From positions 434,001-498,000 of the forward strand of contig OZ374557.1 of NCBI GenBank assembly GCA_977862235.1: a stretch of 64,000 nt of DNA. Direction: 5' to 3'. Below the pieces are notes generated by a model. The model did no database searches. It was given only the letters and a program-made list of their open reading frames with translations, and was not told where the DNA came from. The position numbers and the translations under genes are program-made. Within the stretch, counting starts at the first letter, position 1, and each line of letters begins with the position of its first letter. Below, in pieces: positions 37,101-52,200 of the stretch. Source of the DNA: Dudresnaya verticillata (Eukaryota).

Positions 37101-39339
37101 TGTCAAACCCGTAGACCTACCCGCCGATTACCGTATCCAAGATCCTCGAGGGACAGCGTATTGATTCGTTCTGCCAAACGGTTCAAGCACGAAAATCGAA
37201 AACGAAGGATATTCTCTTTCACGAAGATGGAGACGGTCTCCTGCGACGAACGCATCCGACAATTCCGAAGTTAACGCAAATCGTATTGCCCGAAACGCTC
37301 CGACCCCGGCTACTTACGCTAGCGCACCATTCGTTACTCGCTGGCCACCCGGGGCAGAATCTCATGTTCTACTCACTTCTTGAAACGTATTACTGGCCTT
37401 ACATGGCTGCCGATATCGCATCTACGGTCCGAAGTTGCAAGCACTGCGCACGAAATCGGATTCTCTTACGAAGGAACCTTCATCGCTTGAAGCTCTTCCT
37501 AGCTACGCGCCCACTCGAATCGGTCGCGATTGACATCTTAGGCCCGTTGCCACGTACGAAATCTGGACGCAAGTTCATCTTCGTGATTACGGATCGCTTT
37601 GCGAAGTTGACCCAGGTGGCCACACTACGAGTAATCACCGCGTATCACGTGGCCGTTGCCTTTTGCGAAGTTTGGATATTCAAGTACGGACCGCCCGCCT
37701 CGGTGCTCTCGGATAACGGGAAACAGTTTACTTCGAAGTTCTTTCAGGGCGTCTGTCGCTTACTCGGGTTATCGAACGTGTTCACCTCCGCATATCATCC
37801 GCAAACAAATGGACAAACCGAACAATATAACCGGACTATCCTCGCGATGCTTCGTAACTACGTGAACGGCAACCAAAACGATTGGGACCGCTACGTCTCC
37901 GCGTTAACGGATTCGTACAATTGCCACGTTCATCGGTCTACGAAGACAACTCCGTTCAATCTCGTTTTATCGCGCCCGCCGCCCGAATTCACCGTCAAGC
38001 ATCGCTCCCGTAAGCACCGACCGAAACCCACGGAGGACATTCGAAACGATTTCATTAAGCGACTCGATGTCGCAATCGCCTCCGCAAGAACTTCGTTACA
38101 ACGTGTGCAAAACCGATACAAGCGCGACTTCGACAAACGCATCCGACGCACGAAGAGTCGCGTCAAACGCGGAGACTACGTGTTCCTCGATACCCACGAT
38201 GGGAAAACGAAACTTCCGAAGTTTAAATCCCCCGCGGAGGGGCCATACAAAGTGCTCTTCAACGATACGCGTACACTTGTAATCGACCGCAAGGGCCTCG
38301 TTGAACGCGTCTCCGCGGACCGCTGCATCTACGTGCCACCACCTACGAATTCGCGACCGTCGATTACGCGACCCGAAGACATTGCGGAAAAGGTCAACGA
38401 AGGCCCCGAGTACGTTGTCGATCGTATCATCGATCATTCGACAGACGCAGACGGGAAAATCGTGTTTCGTATCAAGTGGGACGGCTACGCAACGCCTACG
38501 TGGGAACCTCGTACGCACGTGCCCGAAGAACTCGTTTCGCGCTACTTCGCAAGGCTTCGAAGCCAAGCGGACCCGCGTGATCCCGTGCTAGTTGCGCACT
38601 AATGGCTCTACGACTGGGACCCTGAGTGGTTCCGTAGCCCCGACTTCGTGATCCGCAACCCGCAGCCCGAATAAAGCCTACGCCCACTCGAGTTGCGCGG
38701 CACCCGAAGCTCATTAACCGAATGGCCCCGGCGCCCCACTACGTTCTTGCATCACGTGCTGACTGCGCAAGTGCTCATTTCGATTACCCCGGAGCATACG
38801 TTTGCATTATACCGCTACGAGTCTCTCGTGCCCCAACTTCGTGATACTCGTCTCCGTATTCCGCGACGCGCCTTCGTCGCACACGACCACAGCCCCGACA
38901 CACACGGATGCCTCGGAGCAGACGACCGCCACCCCGCAGATGACGCTGCCGCAGCTGCGCAATTTCGATGGAACGCGACGCACGCCAACGCAGCCCTCGG
39001 CGGCATCACGAAGCCCTCTCCGCATCACCGTGTCCGCGCGCGATCACCGATTCGTTCGTCACGATGCCCACACAAAGTCGCGTCTCACGCAGTCGGAAGC
39101 GTTCCGCGGCATCGTAGTGGGCGCGCCCACCGCTGCTATGATGGACCCACACTGTGTCCCACGAGCTTCGTGATATTCGACACTGACTCATCCGCGCACA
39201 CGGTTGCACCGCGGCACTCGCATTACAGGAGCTGACACCGCGACGGACGGACACGGTGAACTATACGTAACTTGTCATACGCGCCTGACGTCATACTTCG
39301 AGGCCGATGCCACCCGCAACACGCACTTCCACGCGAACG
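31101..39339 (+). mobile_element. Gypsy element A, copy 2
   Basis: Same ORFs and lesions as copy 1; R-to-L change at 34707. Confidence 0.92.
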
Positions 39340-42016
39340 ACCGGACAGAGGAGGAAGAGCGGCGAAGTGAGCTCGCAGACGCTCCATTTGTTCAACCGGA
39401 CCCGGAATCTGCAACCAATTGGACTCATAGTCCACTATGACCTTCTCCACCCCTTCTGCCAGACTATGTATGTTGAGATGACGCATGTTCCAATGGTAAG
39501 CTAACCTGATGGCTGAATCACGTCGGTTGAAGACGTCTCGGATAACGTGGTCTGCTATTGAAAATCCCATAGCCGAAGGAGCATGAGGGCCCTGGAACTG
39601 CCCGTCAACAGTCTCGTCGAAGACGGGAACTTGCTCGGGTCTCAGGACCCGGTTCCCGCCAACGGAAACAAACCCACTCGGCTGTAACCCCGGTCATACA
39701 AGTGCCCCCATCAAGGATAATTGGCTTCACCTCGGATGGCTCCGGCTGTATGAGATACTCCGGTAGCATCGGATGCCACTTCTGCAGTTCAGAATCAACC
39801 TAATCACCACTGTTGTAAACGGGCATCAGATGACCAGTGTTGTCTGGTAGATGTCGGTTGCGCTTGGTAATTTCAATCCAGCGAATACGCTCGATGAAGA
39901 TGAGCAGGGCTTCTAAATCCTTTTCGTCGTCTGCATCAGCAGCTAAGTCCTTGAGGCCTAACGCCCAAATTGCTGCCCGTAATGCTTGACCCATGAAGTA
40001 TAGCATACCACGACGTGCCTCATACATCAGCGTCTGAGTAATGAGAACGACTCACTCATGGCGGAAAATGCCCGAAAGAACGCTATCGCTCCAAAGCGCG
40101 CTATCATCCATGGCTTTACCCATCATATCTAGGCCGAGATATGTGAGGATAGTCGGTGTCCCGACCGCCATGGAGTATGAGACCTCGACGTTGTTGTGGT
40201 CGTCCGGTATCTGGGGATACTTAGCATTATACCACTCCGGCTTGATAGCCGTCACTTCCTGTCAATGACACGGTATGAAGAAAACAATCTTGTGCCTCTG
40301 TCACCGCTCGAAGCGAGCGTGTTCCAACGACATAGCCGTCTGCGGGTTATCCAACGCATATTTCAAGTTGGATGAATCGTCCCACCGCACAACGCGGGCC
40401 AGTGTATACCGGAAGTTATCCCTGCCTTGCAGAATGCGTTCCCGCCCATGTATCACCAAACGTCGGTCCCACTCTCCACTCTGGTGGATCCCATGAAACA
40501 TCAAGGCGCGGTATTGGTGCCGGTCAAGATACCCACGCGTGTACGCATGAGACGGTTCCAAACACGGCTCTGAGCCCTCCAACCACCGATGCGACGCACC
40601 TTCTCACGACTAGCCCCCGCACGCACCTTTAAGTGTGCCAGGTCGGTACGCAGGAACCCGTCGCCGCTATGCAAGATAAGCAACGGCACACCGGCCCCTA
40701 GGGCCGGTGCGCCTGCAAAGGGGCATTCGTTCCCGGGCAGGACCACCTAAAACAAAAATAGACATGAATCACACCGGCCGCGTCCATCGCATGTCCAAAG
40801 ACATTTGCGCTCGAGCCTGCCACCCCATACGCCAAGTGCGGCGGGACCATCTCGATAGGGCGCGGTGATATGTCAACGTCTTCCCAGCCGTCCTTTCAGC
40901 AGATCTTCTAAGGCTCGGAGACCTTCCTAGCGTTGAATGTTGGGTCCAGAAATGGCCCTGAGGGCCAGTGAGCGCGACCTGAGAAACCTGCTCCGGCGCG
41001 GAGGCCGTTTTTCAGCCTGAAAGTCGGCTCCAATGCTAAGTCCAAAGACTGACCAGCGCGACCTGAGCAAACGGCTGTGAGCCGGGAAGATCGGAGTGCA
41101 TGCGACGGGAGTCGTCGCACTCGAGGCCAGTCGGCGGTGAGCAACAATGCGCAACTGAAAGGGGCGCGAGGGCGTTTTAGTAGGTAAACGCCGAGGCGCG
41201 CCACGCAAACGCCGATGAAGATGTTTGACGCCACGAGGCGCGGAGGATGAAGTCGCCCAAAGCACACAGGGGGAAGGAGGAGTGAAGTCGGTTGCGGTTT
41301 GCGACGGTGGGTGGGTGTGAGCACGGTGGGCGGCGAGACGGCTGAGAGCCGTCGTTGAAATAGACCCACGCCCGTCTGGCGCTTAGCGCACTCGATACCG
41401 GTCTTGCCGCCGATGACGGCTCGAGCCGCGTTGACTTGGCCTCGCCGTTGAGACGGTCGAAGGGAGGCGTTTTCTCACGCGTGGCTATTGCGCCAGTGAA
41501 CGGACCGAGATTTCAAATTTCAACGCCCACAGGATTTGGAAACAGCATCGCTGTACAGCTCTCTACTGAGCGCAGTCGCTCAGTTTTAGGAAGGAAGCCG
41601 TGTGATACAACGAGCGCTGGGACGCTATAAGGATCCAAGTTCACACGCAATTCCTGTAAACCGTGGAATAAAAAATGATATGGCCACACGCCATCGGGTG
41701 ATTGACTACGTGAGCGCTGTACGTGCTCAGTGGCTGTCTTGCGCCATCATTTCGCGGCTATTTTGGGCACGGCGTCTTACAGTGAGTCCGCACGCACGGA
41801 ATCGGTACACCCGCTCATCCCTATTCCTAATCCGTATTTCATCTGTTAGTCTACAGTACTAGTTCACTGTTAGTATTATAGCTCTAACTGAGAGGGTAGT
41901 ATCTTTCCGGATCCCGCCGTATTTATTAGGCCCCTGAGTACCAGAGGCCCCGCATTAAACGGGCAGCGGTGTTTCCCTTGGGGTTTTCCCCTTTCTTGGA
42001 CTCTCACGGTATCACC
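39340..42016 (+). mobile_element. 3' fragment of element C (antisense ORF, PPT, LTR), copy 2
   Basis: Copy of 13231-15907. Confidence 0.65.
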
Positions 42017-42333
42017 GCTACAGATCCCCCTTTAGGTGTTTACAAGCCGTGCTACCCACGAAGAATGCTCTAAGCAGTACAGTTCGCCTTTCCTTTTCAC
42101 CTCTTGATCAGGGCTCGCAGCCCTTTCAACTCTCTACCCCGCCCTTTAGGATCTACCAACCACGCGAGTGGAACTGGCTTCAGGACAGCTGTCGCGCTGT
42201 TTTGCCGTCTTTGTTCTGGCTTGGAACCATTCTACTACACAGCAGTCGCATTCCGTGCCGCACACGACGCGCCCCAGTGACGCTCTCCGGTATCGAGCCG
42301 TTGAGCAGTCACTGCCGGTTACGACCTGCCCGC

Positions 42334-45300
42334 TGTAATACAGTGAAGGGCTTACAGAAGTAGGCCCTCTGCCCTCGTGTATGCGCTGAAATAGCGTTAC
42401 CTATAGGGCGCCAACAGGGACAAGACGGGTAGTCTATGATTGGTCCAAGTCTCACCCGGTAGGTCAGTAGCTTAGTATATGTCTATTTATTTTAGAAATT
42501 ACAGCTTAGGATAGGGGGCGTGTATATTGCCCAGTATGAGGGGTGCTGCCTGGCAGTCGGAGTACCATATATGAGGGTATCTCCCGTAGCGGTCACTGTA
42601 CAGTAAAGGTAAGCACCTTCCGGCCCCGACTACGTCTCCAAGCTATCAGTACCGCAGCACACCTGTCACCCGTGCCCGGTTAACCGCCCGCCCATTGAAC
42701 TACCTTCAGTATCGTGCTTCCAATCAATTTACGTGCCCTCGTCTACCCTTTGGGTTCCTCCCACTCTACCACCGCTACCAGGTACCCGCTCTATGGTTTT
42801 CTCATTGAGTGCACTCTTTGAGTTCCCAAGAGACCTAAAAGGTACTTCCTTACATCTGGTCTCCCGACCTAGAACTATCAAGGTTGGTGAGCCGTTAAGA
42901 GGACGACGAATATCGTAATCCAATTGGATATTGAAGAAAACCAACCCACCAAGGCCCCTGTTACTCCAAGATATCAACTCCCACTCAAAGTAGTTCCCGT
43001 CGTGGTCAGAAGGCAGAGCAGACCCCACTGGTCCCCCCAGTTGAGGACGCGGAGTCTTTGCTCCACCCTCCGAGGACTCCTGGAGTAGAACAAGTGGAAC
43101 CGCCTGGTCAAGCATCCGCAAATCCCGTAACAGGTAAACCCTCAGCAGGTCCTTCGAAAGAAGTCGCAAGGCAGCCCCCGCTACATTCCAACCGTAACCA
43201 TTGGGTCAATACTGATCTGATGCCCCGTCCGATAACCTGGCTACATGACGAGTTGACCCTTCGGTTACCTCAAACGGTTGAACCACTAGTGGGACACTTT
43301 CTAGAAGAAGAAGGTCCAAGGACACTCTCAGAGTTTGCCGCCACGGCTACTGACAAATTAGTCCAGTCATAGACCACCCAGCCAGACAGTAGTCCAATCT
43401 ATGGGATGCTTACCGAAATGGTTCCCCCGTTGGTTGCTCAGTCTCTCGAGGCTTTTGGGCAAGCAGCGGACTCTTCAACTGGACCAAAAGCTATACCCAC
43501 AGGGGAAACCAAAGTGGAAAATAAGGAGAATGATGTCGTCTCTCCTGGCATCGTTCTACCAACCGAAACTGGTGATACAAATAAGAAACCCGAAGGGGGT
43601 TTGTCGGACTCCAAAGGTAGTAAGAGTAACCGACATGTATCTCCGCCCAAGAAGTCTAAAAAGAAGAAGAAGGACAAACAAAAGAAAAATAAGAAGAAAC
43701 ATTACTCATCTGAGTCTGACTCATCGTCAGCTACCTCAGATGGTTCAAGTTCGGATGATTCTTCCAATGATGACCGACGGCGTCGTCGCCCATCGTCTAA
43801 AACTACAACGGTCAGGAGGATTAAACACCTCAATGACCTATTTACCCGAGTGGTTAGCTTTACCGATTGGATAACCGCTCAAGGCTTTACTCCTCGAGAA
43901 TCTCTCGGAAAGTAAATACATACTATAAGAGGATGGCTATTCAGATGCCACCTCTCGTTTCTCGGGGGTAGACCCGATTAACATTTTGGGTTTCCTTGCA
44001 AGGTTCAAGGATGCCTGTAATCACAATGATGTTCACGAAGGAGCAGCCGTTTGGTTATTACAATACTTTATGACAGGAACCGCCAGAGACAACCTTCAGG
44101 CGAGGTTACAGACAAGAACCAGTATGGTCGTGGACTGCGAAGATGAGGGGGATTTGTTAACAACGTACCCCGAAGTGGTTAATTACCTTTTGGAAACCTA
44201 TGCCACCGATGAGGTTATTGCGCAAGTCTATTCTGACGTGATCTCGTTGCGACAAGCCGAAGGAAAAACGGAATGGGACTTCGCAGAGTTAGTGAGAGCC
44301 AGAGATCGCCGATGCGGGTCGGTGTTGACAGAACACCACCTCAAGGTGATCTTCGTTGATGGGCTCCTCCCGAGTATCCGTGCTCCGGTTCGTAACCGGT
44401 TGGCTTCTTCAAAGCGTTTGTCCTATACTCAGATTACACAATATGCACAAGACCTTGGGGAAGCTCATAGGAGTACACGTGGGCGACAAACCTAAAGGGA
44501 AAAAGGGGAGTAATCCCCGTCGCCGCGGTTAGCTTCGGGAAACCACCGTCTCACTCCTTGAGTACGTCGACTGCTACCTCCGAGGGTTTACCAGGAATGG
44601 AAGACATTAATGAGGAGGAGGTTTTCCAACTCGGTGAACACTTATCCAAACAGTCTATGGCTCCACCGTCTTCAATAACCACAGTGGGGTCCCGAGATGG
44701 TGCGCCGATACGAGCATGCTGGATCTGTGCTAATCCGGACCATATGGCACATGAATGCCCATTGGTAACCCCCGCTGTTCGCGCTGGCATAATTGCTTCC
44801 AGAAGGCAGAACCTCTATGGGTTAGCCCAAGCCCGAGCCCTGCAAGGTAACCGACAAGGTAACCCCGGGGCCTCCTTCTCAACAGGTCATCCGGGCCCTA
44901 CCCAGGCTAGACGCACGGGATCACCCTCAGTGGAGCCCTCAAAGGCAGTTCAAGGAGTTACCATTGCGGAAAACGTGGAGGAGGAGGCATAACGACGCAT
45001 GCCCCCTCCCCAAATATGCGCCTTCCAGAACCTGTGTTGCGACCCGACACTACGGATAACCCGGACGGTGATGACTATAATGAATTATGTTTACTTAAGA
45101 AGCAAAAATACAAAGTGGATCTATCGTTAGGGGTCTGGTCATCTCAGATGATATCCGCAAGGGGCGTGATCGATTCTGGCGCCGGACCCAATCTGGTTCA
45201 TGTTAAAATGTTACCTAATGGTTGGGAAACGCGAGCCAAACCCTATAAGGAAACCACACATAACATCTTCGACGCTTCTAATAATCGAATATTACCTCTA

Positions 45301-48300
45301 GGAGTCATCCCCTTATATATCCGTGTCGGCAATCTCTACACGAAGACCCATTTTCTGCTTGTTGCTAATATGCCTGCCGAAGTTATACTCGGTACAGCCT
45401 TCATCGATCGACATATCACAGCCATCATGCCTGGACCCCGAAGGTTACTCTTGAAGGATGCTCCAGCAGTACCTAACATCGGTGTTTCCATGGGAGGAAG
45501 CACGGTTACCAACGATAAACAACCAACGGTTTCTACCGAAGTGAGATTGGCCAAAGACTGCGTCATACCTCCAAGGTCACGCTCGTTTGTGCCGGAAAGA
45601 ACAAGCGCAGCTGGATTATACCTGGTTCATAATACCTCACGGTCACTACACAAGTCGTTAACCATAATGGCAAACGGTATCAGGGATATCCTTCCGATGG
45701 GAAGGTTTGCTGTACTAATGACCAATTTTGGTGATCGCCCTGCTCGACTGAAAAAACTCAAGTAATAGGCCATGCGTTGCCAAGACCTGATCAGGTTTTG
45801 AGTATTGGTACTCTACAAGAGAATAACCAGTCGGATACCCAGGAGGTGAAATCAAAAGCGGAACCCAGTTGGGAAGACACTGTCCATATAGGTGTCGAAG
45901 ACAGTACTTCCCGATCCCAAATTACGGAATTGCTTCAAGAGTATCAAGAAATGTGGTCAGGCCAACTGGGTACCATTAAGGCCACTCAGCACACGATTGA
46001 GTTGATGGAAGGGGAGAAACCCATCTATCAACACCCTTATAGGGCCGGCCCTAAAGCTCGAGAAGCTGAAAAGACGGAAGTACAACGAACGTTACGAGAA
46101 GGCGTTATTGAACCCCCGGGGCCAGAATGGCCCAGCCTTGTGGTCCTTGTGTCGAAACCTGATGGGTCTTTGCGCTTTAGCGTCGACTATTGCTGGCTGA
46201 ATAGTATTACTCGGAGAGATTTATTTCCGTTACCTCGAATGGACGAATGTATTGACTCACCGGGAGATGCTAAGGTATTCACGACGCTCGACTGTAATAG
46301 TGGTTATTGGCAAGTGGAAGTCGATCCCGACGATCGCGATAAAACGACGTTCACCTGCCACGAAGGGTTATACCGTTTTATCAGGATGCTATTTGGTCTC
46401 AAGAATGCGCCCGCCATATTCCAACGAGCAGTCGACATTATAATGTCCCGGTGCAAGTGGCAATACGCTTTGGTTTATCTCGATGACGTTATCGTTTGCT
46501 CTCGGAGTATCCAGAACCACTTCCACCATTTACGTACTGTACTCGATCTACTCCGAACCGCTGGGGTTTCCCTTAAGTTGTCTAAGTGCAAGTTCTTCGA
46601 AGCTTCCGTCGATTACCTCTGACATGTAATACGTCCCGGAAAGCTTGAGGTAGCCTCTCCGAACGTTACCGCCCTACGACAGGCGAAACCTCCCACGGAT
46701 CAAACCGAGTTAAGGTCATTTCTTGGGGTATGTAACGTCTATCGACGTTTTGTCCCCAATTATGCACAGATTGCGTCTCCCCTCTCCAGGAAACTTCGAA
46801 AAGATCAACCCTTCACTTTTGAGTCACTGACCGAAGACTAGTACGACGTCTTTGACGATCTCAGGCGTCGTCTTTTAACCGCACCAATATTGGCTTTACC
46901 TCGAAAGGGATTCCGTTATTGCGTTGACACAGACGCGTGCGACCTTCAGGTTGGCTGTTGCTTACTTCAAGAAAACAAACAAGGGACAAGCTACCTATTG
47001 GTAATTGGAGTCGCACACTTAATTCCGCAGAGCGTAACTATTTGGCCACCGAACGGGAATGCCTCGCCGTAGTATGGAGTCTTTTAACCCTCAGACCTTA
47101 CCTCGAAGGCGACCGCTTTACGGTTAGAACCGACCACGAACCCCTTCAGTGGTTGTTAAAACTCTCGGATGCATCGGGTCACCTTGCCCGTTGGCGCTTA
47201 AGACTCTCGGAGTTCGACTTTCCAGTCACCTACAACCCTGGACGGGAACATCATTTCGCTGACACCATATCACGGCTTTCGACGCCAGGGAGTGACCAAA
47301 CGCCATTAGACGATGACATCCCCTGTTTTACACTCGCGGTTGAAAATAGCGCTCCGGGTCAGCTCAGTTTACCTACCGTCCGTGACTTGGCAAACCAGAA
47401 GGGTTTACCCCGCCAGGTTAGTAGGCAAGAACTCCTCGAGGCACAATCAAAGGATGCGTATTGCCAACAGATGGCTAACCAAGTTGGTATCGCTGGATCC
47501 CAATTCCAGTGGGATCATAACGGTTTTCTAATCCGCCAAGCGACACTCGACGGAGCACTCCAGATCTTGGTGCCAAAGTCCCTGCGTCCCCGCATACTAT
47601 ATTTTGCCCACTATCCCCTTCTTTCTGGACACCCTGGTGGTTCAAGAATGTATTACACCCTCCGGCGACAGTCTTATTGGCCATATAGGGCTAATGACGC
47701 ATATACCGTAGTGGGTGACTGTACTAAGGGTGTCCAAAACCGGGGTACCTTACGGAGACATCAGAACTACCTTAAGTAGTTTCCAGCCGCTGGCCCACTG
47801 GAATTCCTTGCCATGGACCTCGCGGGTCCTTTTCCCAAAACCGAGCATGGTAACCGTTTCGTCTTGGTTATTACCGATCGGTTTTCTAAGCTCACCCGCG
47901 TCATACCTTTACGGAATACTAATGCCAGCAAGGTTGGACAAGTTTTTCTGGACCACTGGGTCTACCCTTACGATGTTCCGTTATATGTCCTTTCCGATAA
48001 TGGTCCACAGTTCGTGTCAAAATTCTTCGCCACGATCTGTCAAGCCCTGGGGTTACGTCAGTTATTCACAACCGCTTAACACCCCCAGACCAATGGTCAG
48101 ACCGAACGGTTCAACAAAACCCTTGACCAGCGGTTGCGTCATTACGTAGCGGATCATCAACGTGACTGGGACAGTTACGTACATCCGCTCACCTACGCGT
48201 ATAACCTTCAGGTTCACCACTCTACGGGTACTTCGCCCTTTGATCTCGTCCTATCCCGGCCACCTTCGGTTATACCTCTACAGGGTTCTCCCACAATGGG

Positions 48301-51300
48301 TCTCACCAATCAGTTGGATTCTCAACTCACCGCTGCTTCTGTGAAGTGTTTAACCATTCGGAAACTTGAACAGGCCATTGAAACCGCTAGGGTCACCCTC
48401 ACGGCTGCCCAATAACGTTACAAATCGGCCTTCGATACCTCCGTGGCACGGCCCTTTTCCGTTACTGTTGGAGATTGGGTCTATCTCGATTGCCCTAAGT
48501 TCACTAAGCGCCAAGTTGGTGAACGACAGGCTTCTCTCGTCGACCCCGCTGAGGAGCAGAACCTTTCTAGGAAAGGTTTACCCAAAGCGACCGGACCTTT
48601 TTTGGTTACAGCCGTTCATAACAACCATACGGTCACGATTAAGCCATACGGGCTTTTTAATACCGTTTCGCAAGACCGCATTTCGGTTGATCCTCATCGT
48701 GGCCCCCGCACCCCCTGGCCGACACTGAGGTCACTCAGGATCCCCCATCGGCGCCTCCGCCGCCTACGGCGTCAACTTACTCGGATTTCAATACCGTTGA
48801 CCATTTGGTTAAGCACCGTGTCACCGATAGTGGGTACCAATATAAGGCTCGCTGGTATGGTTACGCCCCCAATGATGATACTTGGGAGCCACCCGCGCAC
48901 ATCCCTCACAATTTCGTGTTAGGATACTGGGGCCGGCTTGACCAGACACCACCGCCCGGAGCTGGGGGGTGTAGGCCTCATGGATTTTCGCGGACTCCAA
49001 ATTATCCATCGTGAAACGTCACTCAGAGAGTTAACGCCACCCAAGCAAAAGGCCTCGCGACGGTGTTATCTCATGGAGTCAAATGGAGCGGCACCAGGTC
49101 TCTCTCTCTTCACCTTTTCTACTTATTTTACGCTACTTACCTACAGTACCACTGTACGCTCACAGAAACCAAGAGCAAGGAGAACTACACAGGGAGATAC
49201 AACACAAGACATAAGATGTTTTATTGGACACTCTTCATATCACCCTTGAGGCTCATCTAATAATAATACTTAGTGGTAACGGGAACGTTTCTCAACCGAC
49301 CCCTCGAAGTCACCCGAACGTGAAGACGCACGGCGACGGGGTTGGAAAGGAGACGCCCGACGAGTCTCCCTGGCGTAGTAACTCTAGGAGTCGCCTCGCG
49401 CAGCGCCGCTCGACTCACTGCCTCCACGGGAGAAGCCACATTGGTAGTGACCCCGGTAGGAAGGGGCTGCGTTACCTGATAGGTAGAAGAGCCATCTGGA
49501 GTCTCCTAGGGCTGCTCCCTCATGACCACGTTGGTAATGTCCTCCGAGGCAGTGGGTAGCTGCTCAGCTCCCTGAGTCGGCCCCGGCGATGCCAGATCCA
49601 AAGGGTCACCGGGTTGGTAGTTCGCCACTTGGGTAAGTGAGCCGGCCGCACCACGGCTAGAGTCCTCGGCTGAAGATCACTCTTGCGCAATACCTCTCGG
49701 GTGAACTTGTTGCAGGAAGTAACGAAACTCGTGGCGTTCTGCGGCATCTCAGCCGCCATACTTGCAAGAGGCACCCTGAGGGTTGCTACTTCGGTTCCCA
49801 AACGGTCCATCGTAGCCATGTGGGTACCCAGCTGGTTCACTTGGAAGTTCCCCATCTGGGCCACTTACCGGAGTACCCAAGTTAGGAGTGCCTCCTTCGA
49901 CACCCACTCCCGAGCGGCGTCCAGAGAATCCTCTAAGGTAGCCGGTACCGGTATTTTCGCAGCGCGACACGCCTCTTGAAGTCTCCCAACCCGAAGGTGA
50001 ACCGAGGCAGGTAGAGTCGTCCCCGATGGGGCCACTGCTGTACCAGAAGGACCACTTGGTGAAACCAATGGGTTATCTCGACGAGTCACTGCCTCAGGAG
50101 TTACCATCGGGGGTATGCCAGTGGAGGTTGCCCGCGTGGGTGTCGCCAGACGCGCCTCACGCATTTGCGTTACTGTCTCCGGTGCCGCCTGTGCGTTCGG
50201 TGTCCCTGTACGCGCCCCAATGCCCCGGCGCGCGGTCCTCGCTCGATTCGCATGCCCTAACGCCGCACGCGTCCTGTCGGGGTAACCAATATAGGTTGGC
50301 GCCTCCTCTTCTTGGACCACTTGGTTTCTATCAGAGTTCGGCTCCATGTTGCCCCAGCCACGACCCATACCCTCTACCTCCTGAAAGGAGTGAAACGGCG
50401 GACCAGGACGGTTATCGAAGGTGTGTCGCCTACCAAATCGGTCAACCGCTTCAGAAACCTCCGGATCATACGCGACCCAAACCTCGCCGGCAGCCCACTT
50501 GAAGGCCTCCGATGCGGTTGGAAGTCCCGCCAAGTCGTCACCCGCAAAGGTACTACCTCCACAAATGAGGTCAACCCCAAGAGTGCGGATTGACTCAATG
50601 AGTGTCTTGGATAAGCGGAAGAGGCAACCATCAGGCAGACCATCTTGGGCATGGTAACCAGCTTCTGTATAGGGCGTTGAGTCCCATATACCAAAATAGG
50701 CTGCCTGAAGAAAGACCAGCACTACGTGGAGTACCTGCTCGGTTTTGGCGATTGAACACACTGGATAATACCACTTCGGCGCGGAATCACGCGCATGGGC
50801 TCCAAAGTATGCCAGCACGCCCGGGGTTAACGACGGCAAGGAGCGCGGACCTTCGATGGCGTGCCACCAGCTGGGTTTCTTCGCGTAGTGATCCCGACGC
50901 CGACCCATGGGGATACTCCACATTTCGACATTGTGAAACTCCGCTAGGAGATCATCAGTACGGTTGCGAATGCGCGTCTCCGTCCAAATATCCACCGCCC
51001 ACCGCTCGGTTAACCACCACAGGTCGGGAAAAGGCTTCGCCTCCAAGAGTGACTCCGGAAGTAACTTGATCTCGTTCACCCATTGGTTTCCCTCAAGGAA
51101 GCGGTAGAGCTAGGGGACGTAGTCTTCCTCGAACCCAACGCGCAACCACTTGAGGTCACTACCATAGTGACGCGGAATTAGAACGCTCGGCGGGCAGTAA
51201 CGCAAACGCGCAACCCACTGGTTCTCACGCCTACCTTAGGGGATCGCCCGGAAGCGGTATGTGTCTGGATTGGCGTCCAAGAGGTAACCTTGGAGTGGAA

Positions 51301-52200
51301 ACTGCTCTAGCACATCCTGATTGGAAAACGCCGACAACCCACCGTGGCCGCCCATGGGAGAAGACTGTGCCATCGCGGCGTAGTAACCTCCGCGGCGTAC
51401 GCAAGGCGTGACTGGAAAGACAACGTCAGGGTTGAAGAGACGACGACGGCGGGGTGGCGAGTGGCGTGGTGTTGGTTGCGATTGACGTGGGACCATGTTT
51501 GAAAAACCTTTGAGGTGGTGATGCAGCGGAAGAGAAGTACTGCGGCGCGCGGGATTGATTGCGGGCCGACGACGGTCATGGGCGTTGAGCCGCCTGGATA
51601 CCAAACGGTTATGATTTCGAGCGAAACACGTGCAGACTGCCCTGGCGTCCCGAGGACGGGCCCCAATCTCGCGGGGAGCTCTGTAGTACAGTGAAGGGCT
51701 TACAGAAGTGGGCCCTCTGCCCTCGTGTATGCGCTGAAATAGCGTTACCTATAGGGCGCCAACAGGGACAAGACGGGTAGTCTATGATTGGTCCAAGTCT
51801 CACCCGGTAGGTCAGTAGCTTAGTATCTGTCTATTTGTTTTAGAAATTATAGCTTAGGATAGGGGGCGTGTATATTGCCCAGTATGAGGGGTGCTGCCTG
51901 ACAGTCGGAGTACCATATAAGGATATCTCCCGTAGCGGTCCCTTTACAGTAAAGGTAAGCGCCTTCCGGCCCCAACTATGTCTCCAAGCTATCGGCACCG
52001 CAGCACACCTGTCACCCGTGCCCGGTTAACCGCCGGCCCAGTGAACTACCTTCAGTATCGTGCTTCCAATCAATTTACGTGCCCTCGTCTACCCTCTGGG
52101 TTCCTCCCGCTCTACCACCGCTACCAGATACCCGCTCTGTGGCTTTCTCATTGAGTGTACTCTTTGAGTTCACAAGAGACCTAAAAGGTACTTCCTTACG
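42334..52200 (+). mobile_element. Gypsy element B, copy 2 (LTRs 42334-42854 and 51682-52200)
   Basis: Same LTRs, TSD and lesions as copy 1. Confidence 0.97.
49257..51604 (-). pseudogene. Antisense accessory ORF of B, copy 2
   Basis: Copy of 23148-25495; T-to-A change at 50701. Confidence 0.8.
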